A DNA stretch of 64,000 nt from Maridesulfovibrio sp. (GCA_963676495.2 CAXXRF010000002.1:172626-236625), one strand, 5' to 3'. Positions 30,690 through 41,525 are shown, numbered from the stretch's first letter. Program-made: numbers and translations. The notes: generated from the sequence alone by a model not told the origin.

Positions 30690-30980
30690 TGGGGTGCCTC
30701 CGGCGTCCCTTCGGGGACCCTGCCGGGGGCCTTAAACCCTTTGATAAGGGTTTAAGAATCCCAAACTTTTTTAATAGGGCTTCACCATTGTTTATAAGAG
30801 AGAGTATGGATTCGATTTTGAGGATGATTTTGTTCAGGCAGTCTTGAAGTGGGGATATGAATTAACTGCCCGCACAATCTGCCGTTCACTAAAAAGTGAA
30901 ACCCCTTAGGGAGTGCAGAGGGGCTTAGCCCCTTTGCCCGCCGGAGGCGAAATCAAATCATCAATAAGCGCGTAGCGCAT
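30690..30980. repeat. Intergenic palindromic (REP/MITE-like) element between pheS and pheT
   Basis: Inverted GCCTCCGGCG (30696) / CGCCGGAGGC (30939). Internal hairpins GTCCC-TTCG-GGGAC, TTAAACCCTT-TGAT-AAGGGTTTAA, AGGGGC-TTA-GCCCCT and GCGC-GTA-GCGC. Confidence 0.7.
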
Positions 30981-31049
30981 AAATCTAAACAAAGCACTGC
31001 AGGTTCCCTGAAGGGAAACAAGTGCCGCTCTCGTCAAATAGCGATTCTA

Positions 31050-32096
31050 TTAGGAAAACTGTTCGAGGAAACGGATATCGTTTTCAAAGAACATGCGTAG
31101 GTCGCCGATGCCGTATTTGAGCATGGCTACACGTTCGATACCGAGTCCGAAAGCGAAACCGGAATATTTTTCGGTGTCGTAATCAACTGCTTTCATTACG
31201 TTGGGGTCCATCATGCCGCAGCCGAGGATTTCCACCCAACCGGTCTGTTTGCATACGCGGCAGGGCTTGCCGTCGATGGTACCTTTACCACCACACATAA
31301 CGCAGGAGATATCAACTTCCGCGCTGGGCTCGGTAAAGGGGAAGAAGCTGGGACGGAAACGTACATCGGTTTTGGGGCCGAAGAGCTGGTGCACGAAAGC
31401 GGTGAGTGTTCCGCGCAGGTCCGCCATGCTGACGTTCTGATCAACCAGAAAACCTTCGATCTGGTGGAACATGGGGGTATGGGTCAGGTCGGAGTCCCTG
31501 CGGTAAACCTTACCCGGGGCGATTGCAGCCAGCGGAGGAGTTCTATCCTTCATGGTGCGGATCTGCAGCGGGGAGGTGTGGGTGCGCAGCAGGATGGAAT
31601 CGGAGATGTACAAGGTATCCTGCATATCGCGCGCGGGATGTTCCGGCGGAATGTTCAGTGCTTCGAAGTTGTACCAGTCGTTTTCAACTTCGGGTCCGGT
31701 AACGACTTCAAAACCGAGTCCGATGAACACGTCACAGATTTCATCCATAACAAGAGTTACCGGGTGGAGCGAACCTTCAGCTGGTTTGCGTCCGGGCATG
31801 GTGGGGTCGAAACGGGACAGGCTCTCAGCGGTGGCGGCTTTTTCAAGCTCGCTCTGCTTTCCCTCGATAAGCTCGGTGAGAGCGGCCTTTACTTCATTGG
31901 CTTTTTTACCTGCGACAGGCTTGTCTTCGTTAGGAAGTGAGGGCAGACCGGACATGATTTTGGCAACACGGCCCTTACGGCCGAGCATGTCGATCTTGAT
32001 GTCTTCCAGTTCAGACAAAGAAGCCTGATCCAGGCGTGCAGAGCACTCCGGGACCAGGCCTTCAAGTTCCTGTAACAGGGACTTTACGTCCGACAT
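31050..32096 (-). CDS. pheS: Phenylalanine-tRNA ligase alpha subunit
   Basis: [28 protein letters not shown] and [10 protein letters not shown] motifs. Confidence 0.98.
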   Translation of the reverse strand: MSDVKSLLQELEGLVPECSARLDQASLSELEDIKIDMLGRKGRVAKIMSGLPSLPNEDKPVAGKKANEVKAALTELIEGKQSELEKAATAESLSRFDPTMPGRKPAEGSLHPVTLVMDEICDVFIGLGFEVVTGPEVENDWYNFEALNIPPEHPARDMQDTLYISDSILLRTHTSPLQIRTMKDRTPPLAAIAPGKVYRRDSDLTHTPMFHQIEGFLVDQNVSMADLRGTLTAFVHQLFGPKTDVRFRPSFFPFTEPSAEVDISCVMCGGKGTIDGKPCRVCKQTGWVEILGCGMMDPNVMKAVDYDTEKYSGFAFGLGIERVAMLKYGIGDLRMFFENDIRFLEQFS

Positions 32097-32450
32097 TTAG
32101 CTTACCTGAGCTTTTGCGATCTCAACCACTTTGGCGAATGCAGCAGCATCGTTAACTGCCAGGTCGGCGAGAACTTTACGGTTCAGGGTAACGCCTGCAG
32201 TGGACAGCCCGTGAATGAGACGGCTGTAGGACATGCCGTTGAGGCGTGCAGCAGCGTTGATACGCTGAATCCAGAGTTTGCGCATATCGCGTTTGCGCAG
32301 TTTACGGCCTACGTATGCCATGCAGAGTGAGCGTTCAACTCTCTCTCTGGCGGTACGGTAAAGGGTTGATCCGGAGCCACGGAAACCTTTGGCCATCTTT
32401 AAATATTTTTTATGACGCCTCTTAGCGGCTACACCACGTTTTACTCTCAT
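32097..32450 (-). CDS. rplT: 50S ribosomal protein L20
   Basis: MRVKRG...[13 protein letters not shown]...[10 protein letters not shown]. Confidence 0.98.
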   Translation of the reverse strand: MRVKRGVAAKRRHKKYLKMAKGFRGSGSTLYRTARERVERSLCMAYVGRKLRKRDMRKLWIQRINAAARLNGMSYSRLIHGLSTAGVTLNRKVLADLAVNDAAAFAKVVEIAKAQVS

Positions 32451-32543
32451 TTTATTCCTCCAGGAATCTTTCTCTAAAACCAGCCGCGAACGTGATTCCG
32501 CGGACAGGAGTGTTCAAATTTTACTAGTACAAAAGTCGCTTTA

Positions 32544-32741
32544 TTAAGCGTAGGGGAGCATACGTCTGACCTGGCCCATGTTGGCACTGTCGACGGTAGA
32601 GCTCTGACCCAGACGGCTTTTGCGCTTTGCACTCTTCTTAGTCAGGATGTGACGCAGACCCTGCTTACGACGCTTGAATTTGCCGCTGCCGGTCTTAGCG
32701 AAACGCTTTGCTGCGCCTCTTCTGGTTTTCATCTTAGGCAT
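32544..32741 (-). CDS. rpmI: 50S ribosomal protein L35
   Basis: [14 protein letters not shown]...HILTKK. Confidence 0.98.
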   Translation of the reverse strand: MPKMKTRRGAAKRFAKTGSGKFKRRKQGLRHILTKKSAKRKSRLGQSSTVDSANMGQVRRMLPYA

Positions 32742-32785
32742 TTTATCCTCCTTGGAAAATACCGGTACGTTAACCGGAAAAACCT

Positions 32786-33331
32786 TTATTTTTTAATGGG
32801 AGCCAGCATCATGTTCATGGTGCGGCCTTCAGACCTTGGGGCCTGCTCCATTTTGGCGATATCCTGAGTTTCCTCTTTGACACGCTCCAGGACAGCCAGT
32901 CCTCTATCCTTATGGACAATTTCTCGGCCCCTGAAGAAAATCGTGACTTTGCACCTGTCGCCGCCTTCGAGAAACCGGCGGATGTGCTTGAGCTTAGTCT
33001 GGTAATCGTGCTCGTCTGTCTTGGGGCGAAACTTGACTTCCTTGATCTGGACTACGGTCTGTTTCTTTTTGGCTTCCTGCTTACGCTTCTGCTGCTGATA
33101 TTTGAACTTACCATAGTCCATAATCTTGCAAACAGGCGGATCAGTTTTCTCCGCAACCTCAACCAGATCAAGTCCCCGGTCCTGTGCTATTTCAAGGGCC
33201 TGTCGTGTCGGAAGTACTCCCAACTGGTTACCCTCATCATCAATAACTCTGACCTGAGGTACTCGAATGCGCTCGTTTCGGCGGGCACCGTCATCCCTTT
33301 GGGGACGCCTACCGTCTCTATGAAAAGCTAT
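32786..33331 (-). CDS. infC: Translation initiation factor IF-3 (non-canonical ATA start)
   Basis: The frame stays open upstream of the tracked ORF: ATA GCT TTT CAT...[22 protein letters not shown] lies 8 nt upstream; [14 protein letters not shown] motif present. Confidence 0.93.
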   Translation of the reverse strand: MAFHRDGRRPQRDDGARRNERIRVPQVRVIDDEGNQLGVLPTRQALEIAQDRGLDLVEVAEKTDPPVCKIMDYGKFKYQQQKRKQEAKKKQTVVQIKEVKFRPKTDEHDYQTKLKHIRRFLEGGDRCKVTIFFRGREIVHKDRGLAVLERVKEETQDIAKMEQAPRSEGRTMNMMLAPIKK

Positions 33332-35246
33332 AGCTCATGCCTCCGCGTTTGAATGGTTCGTTGATGGCGGTCGAAATAAGCTCTGCCGCTTCATCAAGAG
33401 ACTTGAGTCCGGGGTCTTCCCCGTCGCGGGCCCTTACATTGACCGATTCCACTGCGACTTCTTTGTCGCCAATTACTAACATGTACGGGATTTTTTCAAG
33501 CTGGGCCTCCCGAACTTTGTAGCCCAGTTTCTCATTTCGTTCATCAACCTCGGCACGAATGCCTTTTTCCTGCAGAAACTGCAAGACTTTTCGTGCAAAT
33601 TCGTTCTGAGAGTCGGTAACTGTGAGAATTTTTGCCTGAACAGGGGACAGCCAGGCAGGCAGTGCGCCACCGGTGTGTTCAAGAAGAACTCCGATGAAGC
33701 GTTCGATGGATCCGAGAATGACCCGATGCAACATTACAGGTCTGTGACGTTCACCATCTTCGCCCACATAGCTTAAGTCGAACCGATCTGGCAAGGTAAA
33801 ATCACACTGGATTGTAGCACATTGCCAGCGGCGTTCAAGTGCATCTTTAATTATGATGTCGATTTTGGGACCGTAAAATGCGCCGTCGCCCTCATTAATT
33901 GAGTATTCCATACCCATTTCATTGAGTGCATCGGTCAGTGCATTGGTAGCTCTGTCCCAGTCCTCGTCAGAACCGATAGCCTTTTCAGGCTTGGTGCTGA
34001 TTTCGGCTTCATATTCAAAACCGAACAGTCCCATCACATCGCCGACGAATTTTGCAACTCCGATGATTTCGTCCCTGAGCTGGTCAGGGCGGCAGATGAG
34101 GTGCGCATCATCCTGAGTGAAGGTGCGCACGCGCAGCAGGCCGTGAAGTACGCCGGATTTCTCGTGGCGGTGGACTACACCCAGCTCAAAGTAGCGCTGA
34201 GGCAGGTCGCGGTAACTGCGCAGTCTGGATTTGAATACCAGCATGTGAGAAAGGCAGTTCATGGGCTTGATGCCGTAGGACTGCTCATCAATCTCAGTGA
34301 AATACATATTTTCGCGGTAGTTGTCGTAGTGGCCTGATTTTTCCCACAGCTCGCGCTTGAGAATCAGCGGACCCTGTACGAACTGGTAGCCGCGCTTGAG
34401 GTGTTCCTTACGCTCGAAATCTTCAATGATGGCTCTGATCAGCGCGCCCTTGGGATGCCAGATGGTCATGCCCGCACCCACATCGGGGTTGACGGAGAAA
34501 AGATCAAGCTGGGTTCCGAGTTTGCGGTGGTCGCGTTTTTTGGCTTCTTCAAGCTGTGCCAGGTGTTTTTTCAGTGCTTTGGCATCGGAAAAAGCGGTGC
34601 CGTAAATACGCTGAAGCTGCTGGCGGTTTTCATCTCCGCGCCAGTAGGCACCGGCAACGGAAAGAAGTTTGAAGGCCTTGAGCATGCCGGTACGGGCTAC
34701 GTGGGGCCCGCGGCAGAGGTCGGAGAAGTCACCGTTGGTGTAAACGGAAACCTTTTCTTCGCCAAGATCGTTGATGAGTTCGACTTTGTAATCTTCACCC
34801 ATTTCTTCGAACTTCTTGAGCGCGTCCCCGCTGGAAAGGACCTCACAAGCAAACTCTTCGTTGGCACCTACGCGGCGCAGCATTTCGGCTTCGATGGCCT
34901 CCAGATCTTCAGGGGTGAAGGGGCGCTCGTAATCGAAGTCATAGTAGAAGCCGCTGGCGATTGACGGGCCGATGGTTACTTTTGCAGTGGGGAAAAGCTT
35001 TTTCACTGCTTCGGCCATAAGGTGCGCGGTGGAGTGGCGGATGACATCAAGACCTTCCTCGGAATCACCCATGACCGGCTCAAGTTCGGTACAGTCGGCA
35101 GGCACGGTGGTGGTCAGGTCAAGAAGCGTGTCGCCGCATTTGGCAACTACAACGTTCTTGAACTGCTTCTTGGACAAGGCCTCTTGGAGAACCTCGCCGC
35201 AAAGCGCACCCTGCTGAACTTCAAGTTCTTTACCTGCAACTTGCAT
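33318..35246 (-). CDS. thrS: Threonine-tRNA ligase
   Basis: [30 protein letters not shown] and GAFYGPKID motifs; start at 35246 or 35252. Confidence 0.98.
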   Translation of the reverse strand: MQVAGKELEVQQGALCGEVLQEALSKKQFKNVVVAKCGDTLLDLTTTVPADCTELEPVMGDSEEGLDVIRHSTAHLMAEAVKKLFPTAKVTIGPSIASGFYYDFDYERPFTPEDLEAIEAEMLRRVGANEEFACEVLSSGDALKKFEEMGEDYKVELINDLGEEKVSVYTNGDFSDLCRGPHVARTGMLKAFKLLSVAGAYWRGDENRQQLQRIYGTAFSDAKALKKHLAQLEEAKKRDHRKLGTQLDLFSVNPDVGAGMTIWHPKGALIRAIIEDFERKEHLKRGYQFVQGPLILKRELWEKSGHYDNYRENMYFTEIDEQSYGIKPMNCLSHMLVFKSRLRSYRDLPQRYFELGVVHRHEKSGVLHGLLRVRTFTQDDAHLICRPDQLRDEIIGVAKFVGDVMGLFGFEYEAEISTKPEKAIGSDEDWDRATNALTDALNEMGMEYSINEGDGAFYGPKIDIIIKDALERRWQCATIQCDFTLPDRFDLSYVGEDGERHRPVMLHRVILGSIERFIGVLLEHTGGALPAWLSPVQAKILTVTDSQNEFARKVLQFLQEKGIRAEVDERNEKLGYKVREAQLEKIPYMLVIGDKEVAVESVNVRARDGEDPGLKSLDEAAELISTAINEPFKRGGMSYSFS

Positions 35247-35606
35247 ATCCACTCTCTCTTTGCGGAAAAAAATTAACCCTGCCCATTGTGGGCGCGGGAC
35301 TGATAAATGCACCTGATGGAGCAAGGCAGATAAATAATTTCAAGTGCCCCGCATTATTGGATTCAGGTGTGAAAAAAGTAATTAACAACAGAAAAAGCGC
35401 GCAGTAAATTTACTGCACGAAAGGCGGTTTTTTTAACTAACTATATATAAGAAGTCAAGCCGTACGCGGTATTGCGGTTGAGAATATTGCAAATTAATTA
35501 TTTTTAATTTTAAAGCGGCAAAATTGTCGATACATAATTTTCTTATTAATTTACTCCAAATGTCGTATTTTTATCCCTGCTGTTGTTTTCCAAGTATCTG
35601 TAGGTT

Positions 35607-36560
35607 ATGTTATGCACTATGAAAAATAAGCTTAAAGTCCTTTTAGTTGACGCATTTACTTCAGTGCCGGGAAAAGGCAATCGCGCAGGAGTTGTTCTGG
35701 ATGCCGGGAGCCTCAGTGCAGATCAGATGCAGGCGGTTGCAGCACTTGTGAATGTTTCGGAAACCGCTTTTATGATTCCTGTCCCTGAAGCGTCCGGATA
35801 TGAACTTCAGGTCCGTTATTTCACCCCTGCCACCGAGGTCCCCACCTGCGGCCATGCCACTGTGGGAGCTCATTATGCCCGTGCAAAAGCACTTGGGCTT
35901 TCCGATACCACCGTAACTGCTCTTATCGGAGCCGGGGTGCTGCCTGTTGAGATCATCGGTTCCGGGGCAGATATGAAAATTATCATGACTCAGGGCGAAG
36001 TTGTCTTCAGTGAACTGTACAGTGATGATTTGAATGAACGCATCATTTCCGCTCTCGGCCTTTCAAAGGATGATATTGAGCCGGGGCTTCCCATTCAGGA
36101 GGTCTCAACAGGGCATTCCAAAATAATGGTTCCCATACGGTCCGTTGAGAAGCTTAATTCTTTGACTCCGGATATGCAGGCGCTTGTTGAGTGCAGCAGT
36201 CGGACTGGCTGCGGTGTTTTTTTTGTTTTCACTATAAATAAGGAAGATAGCCGGTATCTCACCAGCGCAAGGATGTTTGCACCTGCCATAGGTATTGAGG
36301 AGGACCCGGTGACCGGTAACGGAAACGGTCCCTGCGGTGCATATCTTTCAAAGCACGGCAGGTTGCCTGCTGAGGATGTAGTCTCCTACCGTGGGCAGCA
36401 GGGTGTTGCCATGGGTAAGGAAGGTGAGATTGAAGTGACCGTGCATCGGGATGAAAGTGGTCCATATAAGGTTCAGATTGGCGGAGTCGCGGTTGAGGCC
36501 GGGGGCATGGATATTGATGTGTTTGTTGATGAAGATGGGGTGGGTGCAGTTCGTGTTTAA
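35607..36560 (+). CDS. PhzF family (phenazine biosynthesis-like) isomerase
   Basis: VDAFT...GNRAGVV, SETAF, RYFTPATEVPTCGHAT and EDPVTG motifs. Confidence 0.93.
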   Translation: MLCTMKNKLKVLLVDAFTSVPGKGNRAGVVLDAGSLSADQMQAVAALVNVSETAFMIPVPEASGYELQVRYFTPATEVPTCGHATVGAHYARAKALGLSDTTVTALIGAGVLPVEIIGSGADMKIIMTQGEVVFSELYSDDLNERIISALGLSKDDIEPGLPIQEVSTGHSKIMVPIRSVEKLNSLTPDMQALVECSSRTGCGVFFVFTINKEDSRYLTSARMFAPAIGIEEDPVTGNGNGPCGAYLSKHGRLPAEDVVSYRGQQGVAMGKEGEIEVTVHRDESGPYKVQIGGVAVEAGGMDIDVFVDEDGVGAVRV

Positions 36561-36569
36561 GGAAAATTT

Positions 36570-37213
36570 ATGATTTGTTTGAGTGATATCTATGTCTTTG
36601 CAATTGATGTTGGCAAACCTGAAAATATTGGGTGGGCCGACAGTATGGGCAATAATGGCGGTGTACAAACTCTTGAGTCCCAGTTGGTTGAAGTTGGAAA
36701 AATGTTGTCCGCTGATGTTCCTGTTGTATTAGACTTTGAAGCTCCTATTTGGGTTCCGCATCGGAATGATTTTTTTGAGTTCAATAAAGCCCGTGGTGGC
36801 ATTGAAAATGTTTGAAGCGTGCATGGTCTGCCCCTGCTGGGTGTACTGTAACGGCACAGGCTTTGGCTTTAATGCCAATCTGTTTTGCTATGATTAAGTT
36901 GTGGCTTTCCAAGAAAGATGTCCTTGCTACGACAATTCCTGAATTATGGTTGAATAGTGGAGGGTTGTTTGTATGGGAGGCTTTTGTTTCTGGCCCCTTT
37001 AAAGGAGTTGATCACGTTGATGATGCAGCTATAGCTGTTCAGGGTTTTCTTAATAGAAAAGGAGATTATTACTCCGAGGCTACATCTCAAGAGGGCTTTT
37101 CGCAGTCTGCAGCTTCATTGTTGGCAACTGGCTGGAGTATAGATCCGGCAGAATTACGTATTCCTTCAATTGTCATTTCTCCAAAAAAAGCTCAGGACAT
37201 TTCCACATCCTGA
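36570..37213 (+). pseudogene. Frameshifted RNase H-fold hypothetical (DUF429-like), split at about 36810
   Basis: The first ORF (AIDVG..GWA, LDFEAPIWVP) and the second (RAWSAPAG, WEAFVSG, HVDDA) read as one protein; the frame changes at AATGTTTGAAG. Confidence 0.55.
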
Positions 37214-37217
37214 GCTT
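37183..37217 (-). terminator. Terminator of the shc operon
   Basis: AAGCTCAGGA-N10-TCCTGAGCTT with a T tract on the minus strand. Confidence 0.65.
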
Positions 37218-37240
37218 CAAATTTAAATTTCAATAAATCT

Positions 37241-37966
37241 CTACAAAATTTGCATGGCAAAAGCCGCCCGATCCTCAGTCTCGTTGAAGCCGAGCAATTC
37301 ATAACCGCCATTCTCGCTGCCGCAATCCATCAACTTAACCGAGTTGCCTTCGAACACTTCGGAAAGGAAGGCGATGCGGATGGATTTGACCTTATTCTGA
37401 TCCAGTCCGTGCGGACGCAAACCGTCGAATGACCAGCGCAGGTATTCGGTGTTGTTCACATGTCCATTGGCATCCAGAGAGCTATACCCGACGTTAAGGG
37501 AACGGATCTCTTTTTCCGGTGTGCCGGGACGCAATCTTTTGACCGTATCAGGGAAAACGCATTGATCCTTTGCATGAAGATTGAGTTCTTCGTTGATTAC
37601 AACCGGTCTGCGGGTTTCGGAGTCAAGGACCATCCATTCGGATGTAGCACGTATTATTTCACGCCCGTTCTCATCACAGCCGGAGAAATCGCGGAAGGCC
37701 CGAAGCTTTTTGGCTCCCCTTGACCATGTTGTCAGGGAGAAGGTCTTTTCGCGCAGGGGCAGCTGTTCAATCTCTATCCGCATGGATGTAAGCACCCAGA
37801 AGCAATTCAGTTTTGCCATGCCCTCAATGCCGAAGCCGAGTGAATCCGCATGGGCTGTGGCGGCTTCCTGGAGGCGGCACATGAGCCAGTGGCAGTGCAT
37901 TCTGTCATCCGGGCCGGTCTCGTAAGCCGGAACGGTATTGCTTATCAGCAGGGAGTCTTTGGTCAT
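37241..37966 (-). CDS. Acyl-ACP thioesterase
   Basis: LQEAATAH...WVL, AFRDF and LDANGHVNNTEY motifs. Confidence 0.88.
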   Translation of the reverse strand: MTKDSLLISNTVPAYETGPDDRMHCHWLMCRLQEAATAHADSLGFGIEGMAKLNCFWVLTSMRIEIEQLPLREKTFSLTTWSRGAKKLRAFRDFSGCDENGREIIRATSEWMVLDSETRRPVVINEELNLHAKDQCVFPDTVKRLRPGTPEKEIRSLNVGYSSLDANGHVNNTEYLRWSFDGLRPHGLDQNKVKSIRIAFLSEVFEGNSVKLMDCGSENGGYELLGFNETEDRAAFAMQIL

Positions 37967-37967
37967 T

Positions 37968-40085
37968 TTACCATTTCCTGCCGAGGTCAAGCGGGGTTTT
38001 GCGGCGCATCATGATCTGCTTGGTGTCTTCACCTGCTGAGAAACGCTGGTACACACCCAGCGCCCACATGGGGAAATACTGGGAGTAGCCGTGGTAACGC
38101 AGGTAGAAAACGCGCGGGAACCCGGTTCCGGTGAAATGCTTTTCATCCCAGCTGCCGTCCTCTTTCTGGGTGTCGAGCAGGTAGCGGATACCTCGGCTTA
38201 CAGCCTTGGAATGAACACGTCCTGCGGCCATGAGTCCCAGCAGGGCCCATGAAGTCTGGGATGCTGTGGATTCGCCTAGTCCTGCATAGTTCCGGCTGTT
38301 GTAGCTCAGGCAGGATTCACCCCAGCCTCCGTCTTTGTTCTGATGCTTTTCGAACCATTCAACAGCCTTGCAGACGTATGATGAGTTCATGTCCTCACCT
38401 GCCTGACGCAGCCCACAAAGTACCGACCATGTGCCGTAAATATAGTTAACACCCCAGCGGCCGAACCAGGAGCCGTCGTCTTCCTGTTCTTTCTTGAGGA
38501 ATTCTATGCCGTCCTTGATGGGGCGGAAGCTCTTGTCATAGCCGATTACACCCAGCAGCTCGATAACTCTGGCGGTGAGGTCCGAGGTCGGAGGATCAAG
38601 CAGTGCGCCGTGATCAGCAAAGGGGATGTCATTCAGATATTCGGCGCAGTTATCGATATCAAATGCCGCCCAGCCGCCGTTGGAGGACTGCATGCCGATG
38701 AGCCAGTTGACTCCCTTGACGAAGTTTTCGTGGGTATCCGGATTTTCCAGAGCTCCGGCACGGCAGAAGGCCATGAGTACCATGGCGGTATCATCAAGGT
38801 CGGGGTAGAAGGTGTTTTCAAACTGAAATGCCCATCCGCCGCCTTCAAGCTTGGGGGCCTTGGAGATCCAGTCACCCCTGAAGAAAATCTGCTGATCCCA
38901 GAGCCACTTCATGCATTGCTGGGAGGTTTTGCTGTCCTGATCCTCTCCCGCTTCCATAATAGCGGAAAGGGCAAGGCAGGTATCCCAGATGGGAGAGTTG
39001 CAGGGCTGGCACATGGCCTGTTCCAGATTCTCGGCAGAGCCTGTTTCCGGGGAAATATCCAGCTCGGGGGCCGCGGAAAGCTCCGCTCCTCCGGTAACGA
39101 CAGTATGCTCCCACGGGGACTTCTCCGGTACGTGGAACTTATCAACCATCAGGTCGTCCACAGCCTGCATGCCGCGGGCAAAGTCCGGGTCGGATTCATC
39201 GTATCCGAGCAGGCTCAGTGCCATTACCGCGTTAGCCATTGCCGGGAAAATAGCACCGATTCCGCCGCGTCCGGACATGTGTTCACGGGTCCAGTTCTCA
39301 GCGAATTTCATGGCCTTGTTGTTAACAGCCCGTGGCACGAGGTGGATTGTGCGCTTGAGGATACGATCCAGCAGGATAAATGCGTTTTTGCGCCAGCCTT
39401 TGTCGCGGTACTTATCGATATGGATATGTTCCTCGGCAGGCTTGCAGAAAAGTTCGGGAACTGCTTCCTCGGGACGCAGGCGGCAGACCGGCTGCTTGGC
39501 ATAGATAATAAGCAGCGGGTAGATAACCGAGCGGGACCAGTAGGATACTTTATCCAGATGGAAGAAGAACCATTTGGGCAGCAGGACGATCTCAATGGGC
39601 ATGGCCGGGGGGCAGTGCCAGGGAATCTGGCCGAAGGTGGCGAGACAGATTCGGGTAAAAACGTTGGATGTCTCCGCGCCGCCCTTGGCAAGAATAATCT
39701 GCCTTGCACGTACCATGTGCGGTGCTTCCTTGTCGTCGCCGAGCATTTTGAGCGCCATGTATGCTTTGACCGAGGCACTGATATTTACAGGGCCGTCTTC
39801 ATCGTGCAGTGGCCAACCGCCATCGGGCATCTGTTTGGCGCGGATATAGTTCCCGAGACGCTCGGCAAGCCCCTTATCCATTTTGCGGCCGAGAAATCTG
39901 TTAAACATGATGTATTCCGCAGGGATGGTCACATCCGCTTCAAGTGCGAAAACCCAGTACCCTTCCGGGGACTGCAGGGAGCGGAATCTCTTCATCACCC
40001 TTTTGAGGGCGTCTTTAGGCTGGAGGAGCGATACAACCTGATTGCGCTTTGTGGTGTTGTTTTTCATTGCGCTCTTTTTGTTCAT
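37968..40085 (-). CDS. shc: Squalene-hopene cyclase
   Basis: YPDLDDTA (DXDD), QW repeats (QSSNGGW, QEDDGSW, QNKDGGWGES, QKEDGSW), GTGFPRVFYLRYH. Confidence 0.97.
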   Translation of the reverse strand: MNKKSAMKNNTTKRNQVVSLLQPKDALKRVMKRFRSLQSPEGYWVFALEADVTIPAEYIMFNRFLGRKMDKGLAERLGNYIRAKQMPDGGWPLHDEDGPVNISASVKAYMALKMLGDDKEAPHMVRARQIILAKGGAETSNVFTRICLATFGQIPWHCPPAMPIEIVLLPKWFFFHLDKVSYWSRSVIYPLLIIYAKQPVCRLRPEEAVPELFCKPAEEHIHIDKYRDKGWRKNAFILLDRILKRTIHLVPRAVNNKAMKFAENWTREHMSGRGGIGAIFPAMANAVMALSLLGYDESDPDFARGMQAVDDLMVDKFHVPEKSPWEHTVVTGGAELSAAPELDISPETGSAENLEQAMCQPCNSPIWDTCLALSAIMEAGEDQDSKTSQQCMKWLWDQQIFFRGDWISKAPKLEGGGWAFQFENTFYPDLDDTAMVLMAFCRAGALENPDTHENFVKGVNWLIGMQSSNGGWAAFDIDNCAEYLNDIPFADHGALLDPPTSDLTARVIELLGVIGYDKSFRPIKDGIEFLKKEQEDDGSWFGRWGVNYIYGTWSVLCGLRQAGEDMNSSYVCKAVEWFEKHQNKDGGWGESCLSYNSRNYAGLGESTASQTSWALLGLMAAGRVHSKAVSRGIRYLLDTQKEDGSWDEKHFTGTGFPRVFYLRYHGYSQYFPMWALGVYQRFSAGEDTKQIMMRRKTPLDLGRKW

Positions 40086-40157
40086 TTCAAATTCCTTTTA
40101 TATAATCTACGTACGTTGTCGTGCGTTTCGCTCGAAAAATCTGATTCTGTAGGGTAC

Positions 40158-40781
40158 TCAGCCGATGGCGTCAACTGCTGAGTCGATTACCTGCTTTTTA
40201 AGCTTGTCCACGGGGCCCCATGCGAAACTGGGGTAGGTGATCAGCAGGGATGTGAGGCCGTGGGTTGCGGCAAGCACAGAGTGTGCTGTTACCAGCACTT
40301 CTTCCTCTGGGGTGTTCTTGGGCAGGCATTTGCGAACGCAGTTGTTGATGCGGTCGTACATGGTCCGGCCAAGCGGATTGTGCTTGAAGTGCGAGTCGTG
40401 ATCTTTCCAGAGGTCGCTTTCCATCATGAATCCGACACGGTAGGCATTGGGGTTTTGAAGTCCCATGTCCACTAGGGTGTAGAGGATCTGCTTCAGGGCC
40501 TGATGGGGAGAAGTGGCTGCAGTTATTATTCTGTTGATATGCTGCAGGAAGTCCCGGTAGGTTTCTTCTGTGAGGCAAAGGAACAGTTCCTTCTTGTCCT
40601 TGAAGTGATGGTAGATGGTGGTAGGGGAATAACCGATTGTGGTTGCCAGCTTGCGCATGGATACCTGAGCGTAGCCATGTTCGGCAAAGAGCTTGCGGGC
40701 GGCATCGAGGATGAGCATGCGCAGGGGCTGCTGTGGTGTTTCCAGTGTTTTGGTACTTGCATTCATTGTTCTTATCTCCAT
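40158..40781 (-). CDS. TetR family regulator
   Basis: ILDAARKLFAEHGY..VSMRKLATTIGYSPTTIYHHFKDK. Confidence 0.9.
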   Translation of the reverse strand: MEIRTMNASTKTLETPQQPLRMLILDAARKLFAEHGYAQVSMRKLATTIGYSPTTIYHHFKDKKELFLCLTEETYRDFLQHINRIITAATSPHQALKQILYTLVDMGLQNPNAYRVGFMMESDLWKDHDSHFKHNPLGRTMYDRINNCVRKCLPKNTPEEEVLVTAHSVLAATHGLTSLLITYPSFAWGPVDKLKKQVIDSAVDAIG

Positions 40782-40782
40782 T

Positions 40783-40799
40783 GCTTAACGGTGTTAAGC
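40783..40799. promoter_or_regulatory. Putative TetR operator
   Basis: Perfect palindrome GCTTAAC-ggt-GTTAAGC immediately upstream of tetR, downstream of a minus-strand TTGACA (near 40835). Confidence 0.6.
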
Positions 40800-41047
40800 T
40801 GTGAAGCGTTCTGTCATGAATGTATACCTCTGTCAACAAAATGTGACTTTTTCAGCGAAGTTTTTTATAATGGTCCCGAGGCTTAAATTTATTGAAGTTA
40901 ACATAGTTAACTATACCAGATGGGACATGCTCTTTTTTGGATGATAGTTGAAAAAAGGCTTGCAATCTGAAACCTTGTTGTATATTAATTCTCGCCTCGG
41001 ATGCGGAAACAGTATCTGTTTCCTCTTCCCCGATCACCGACATGCGT

Positions 41048-41124
41048 GGCCCCGTAGCTCAGTAGGATAGAGCACAGGATTCCTAATCCTGGTGCCGCAG
41101 GTTCGATTCCTGCCGGGGTCACCA
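41048..41124 (+). tRNA. tRNA-Arg(CCT)
   Basis: GGCCCCG acceptor stem, D arm GCTCAGTAGGATAGAGC, anticodon stem CAGGA-TTCCTAA-TCCTG, T loop GGTTCGATTCC, encoded CCA. Confidence 0.97.
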
Positions 41125-41132
41125 TAGAAATC

Positions 41133-41174
41133 AAAGCCTTACGAAGATTTTTCTTTGTGAGGCTTTTTCTTTTT
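41133..41174 (+). terminator. Terminator after tRNA
   Basis: AAAGCCTTACGAAGA-tttt-TCTTTGTGAGGCTTT followed by a T-rich tract. Confidence 0.7.
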
Positions 41175-41182
41175 CTGCAAAA

Positions 41183-41204
41183 TCCCACCACTTTCCCACC
41201 ACTT
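41183..41204. repeat. Tandem 11-bp direct repeat (candidate integrase arm-type sites)
   Basis: TCCCACCACTT x2, about 60 bp after the tRNA 3' end. Confidence 0.55.
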
Positions 41205-41525
41205 TTTCGATGATTGTTAGTGAGGACGTGTGAGGGTATGGTGAAATTGAATGTGAATATTGTATTCAAGTATATAGATTGCACCTGGGGAGCAAATACC
41301 GTTCGCTCTTCAGAATCAGGGGTAATACTAATCTGTGTTCTGTGTACTAATGCACTCTCCTGGTTGTGTATGTTTGTTCTTGGTCAGTTTTTATGGGCAT
41401 TGGAGATCTAGTAGCGAATATAACTTCCAAAATAGGGATTAATGATGTGTTTTAGTCTTTCCAAGATTTTGGTATGAGTTTTTCGCTTCTACTAAATTTT
41501 GGAAAACTTAAGGGTTCGCTTTTTG

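Noticed and set aside
35401-35416. Perfect palindrome GCAGTAAATTTACTGC upstream of thrS
   Set aside because: No T-box or anticodon-mimic features could be supported; function cannot be assigned
38610-40181. 523-aa plus-strand ORF
   Set aside because: Antisense shadow of shc; no recognisable motifs
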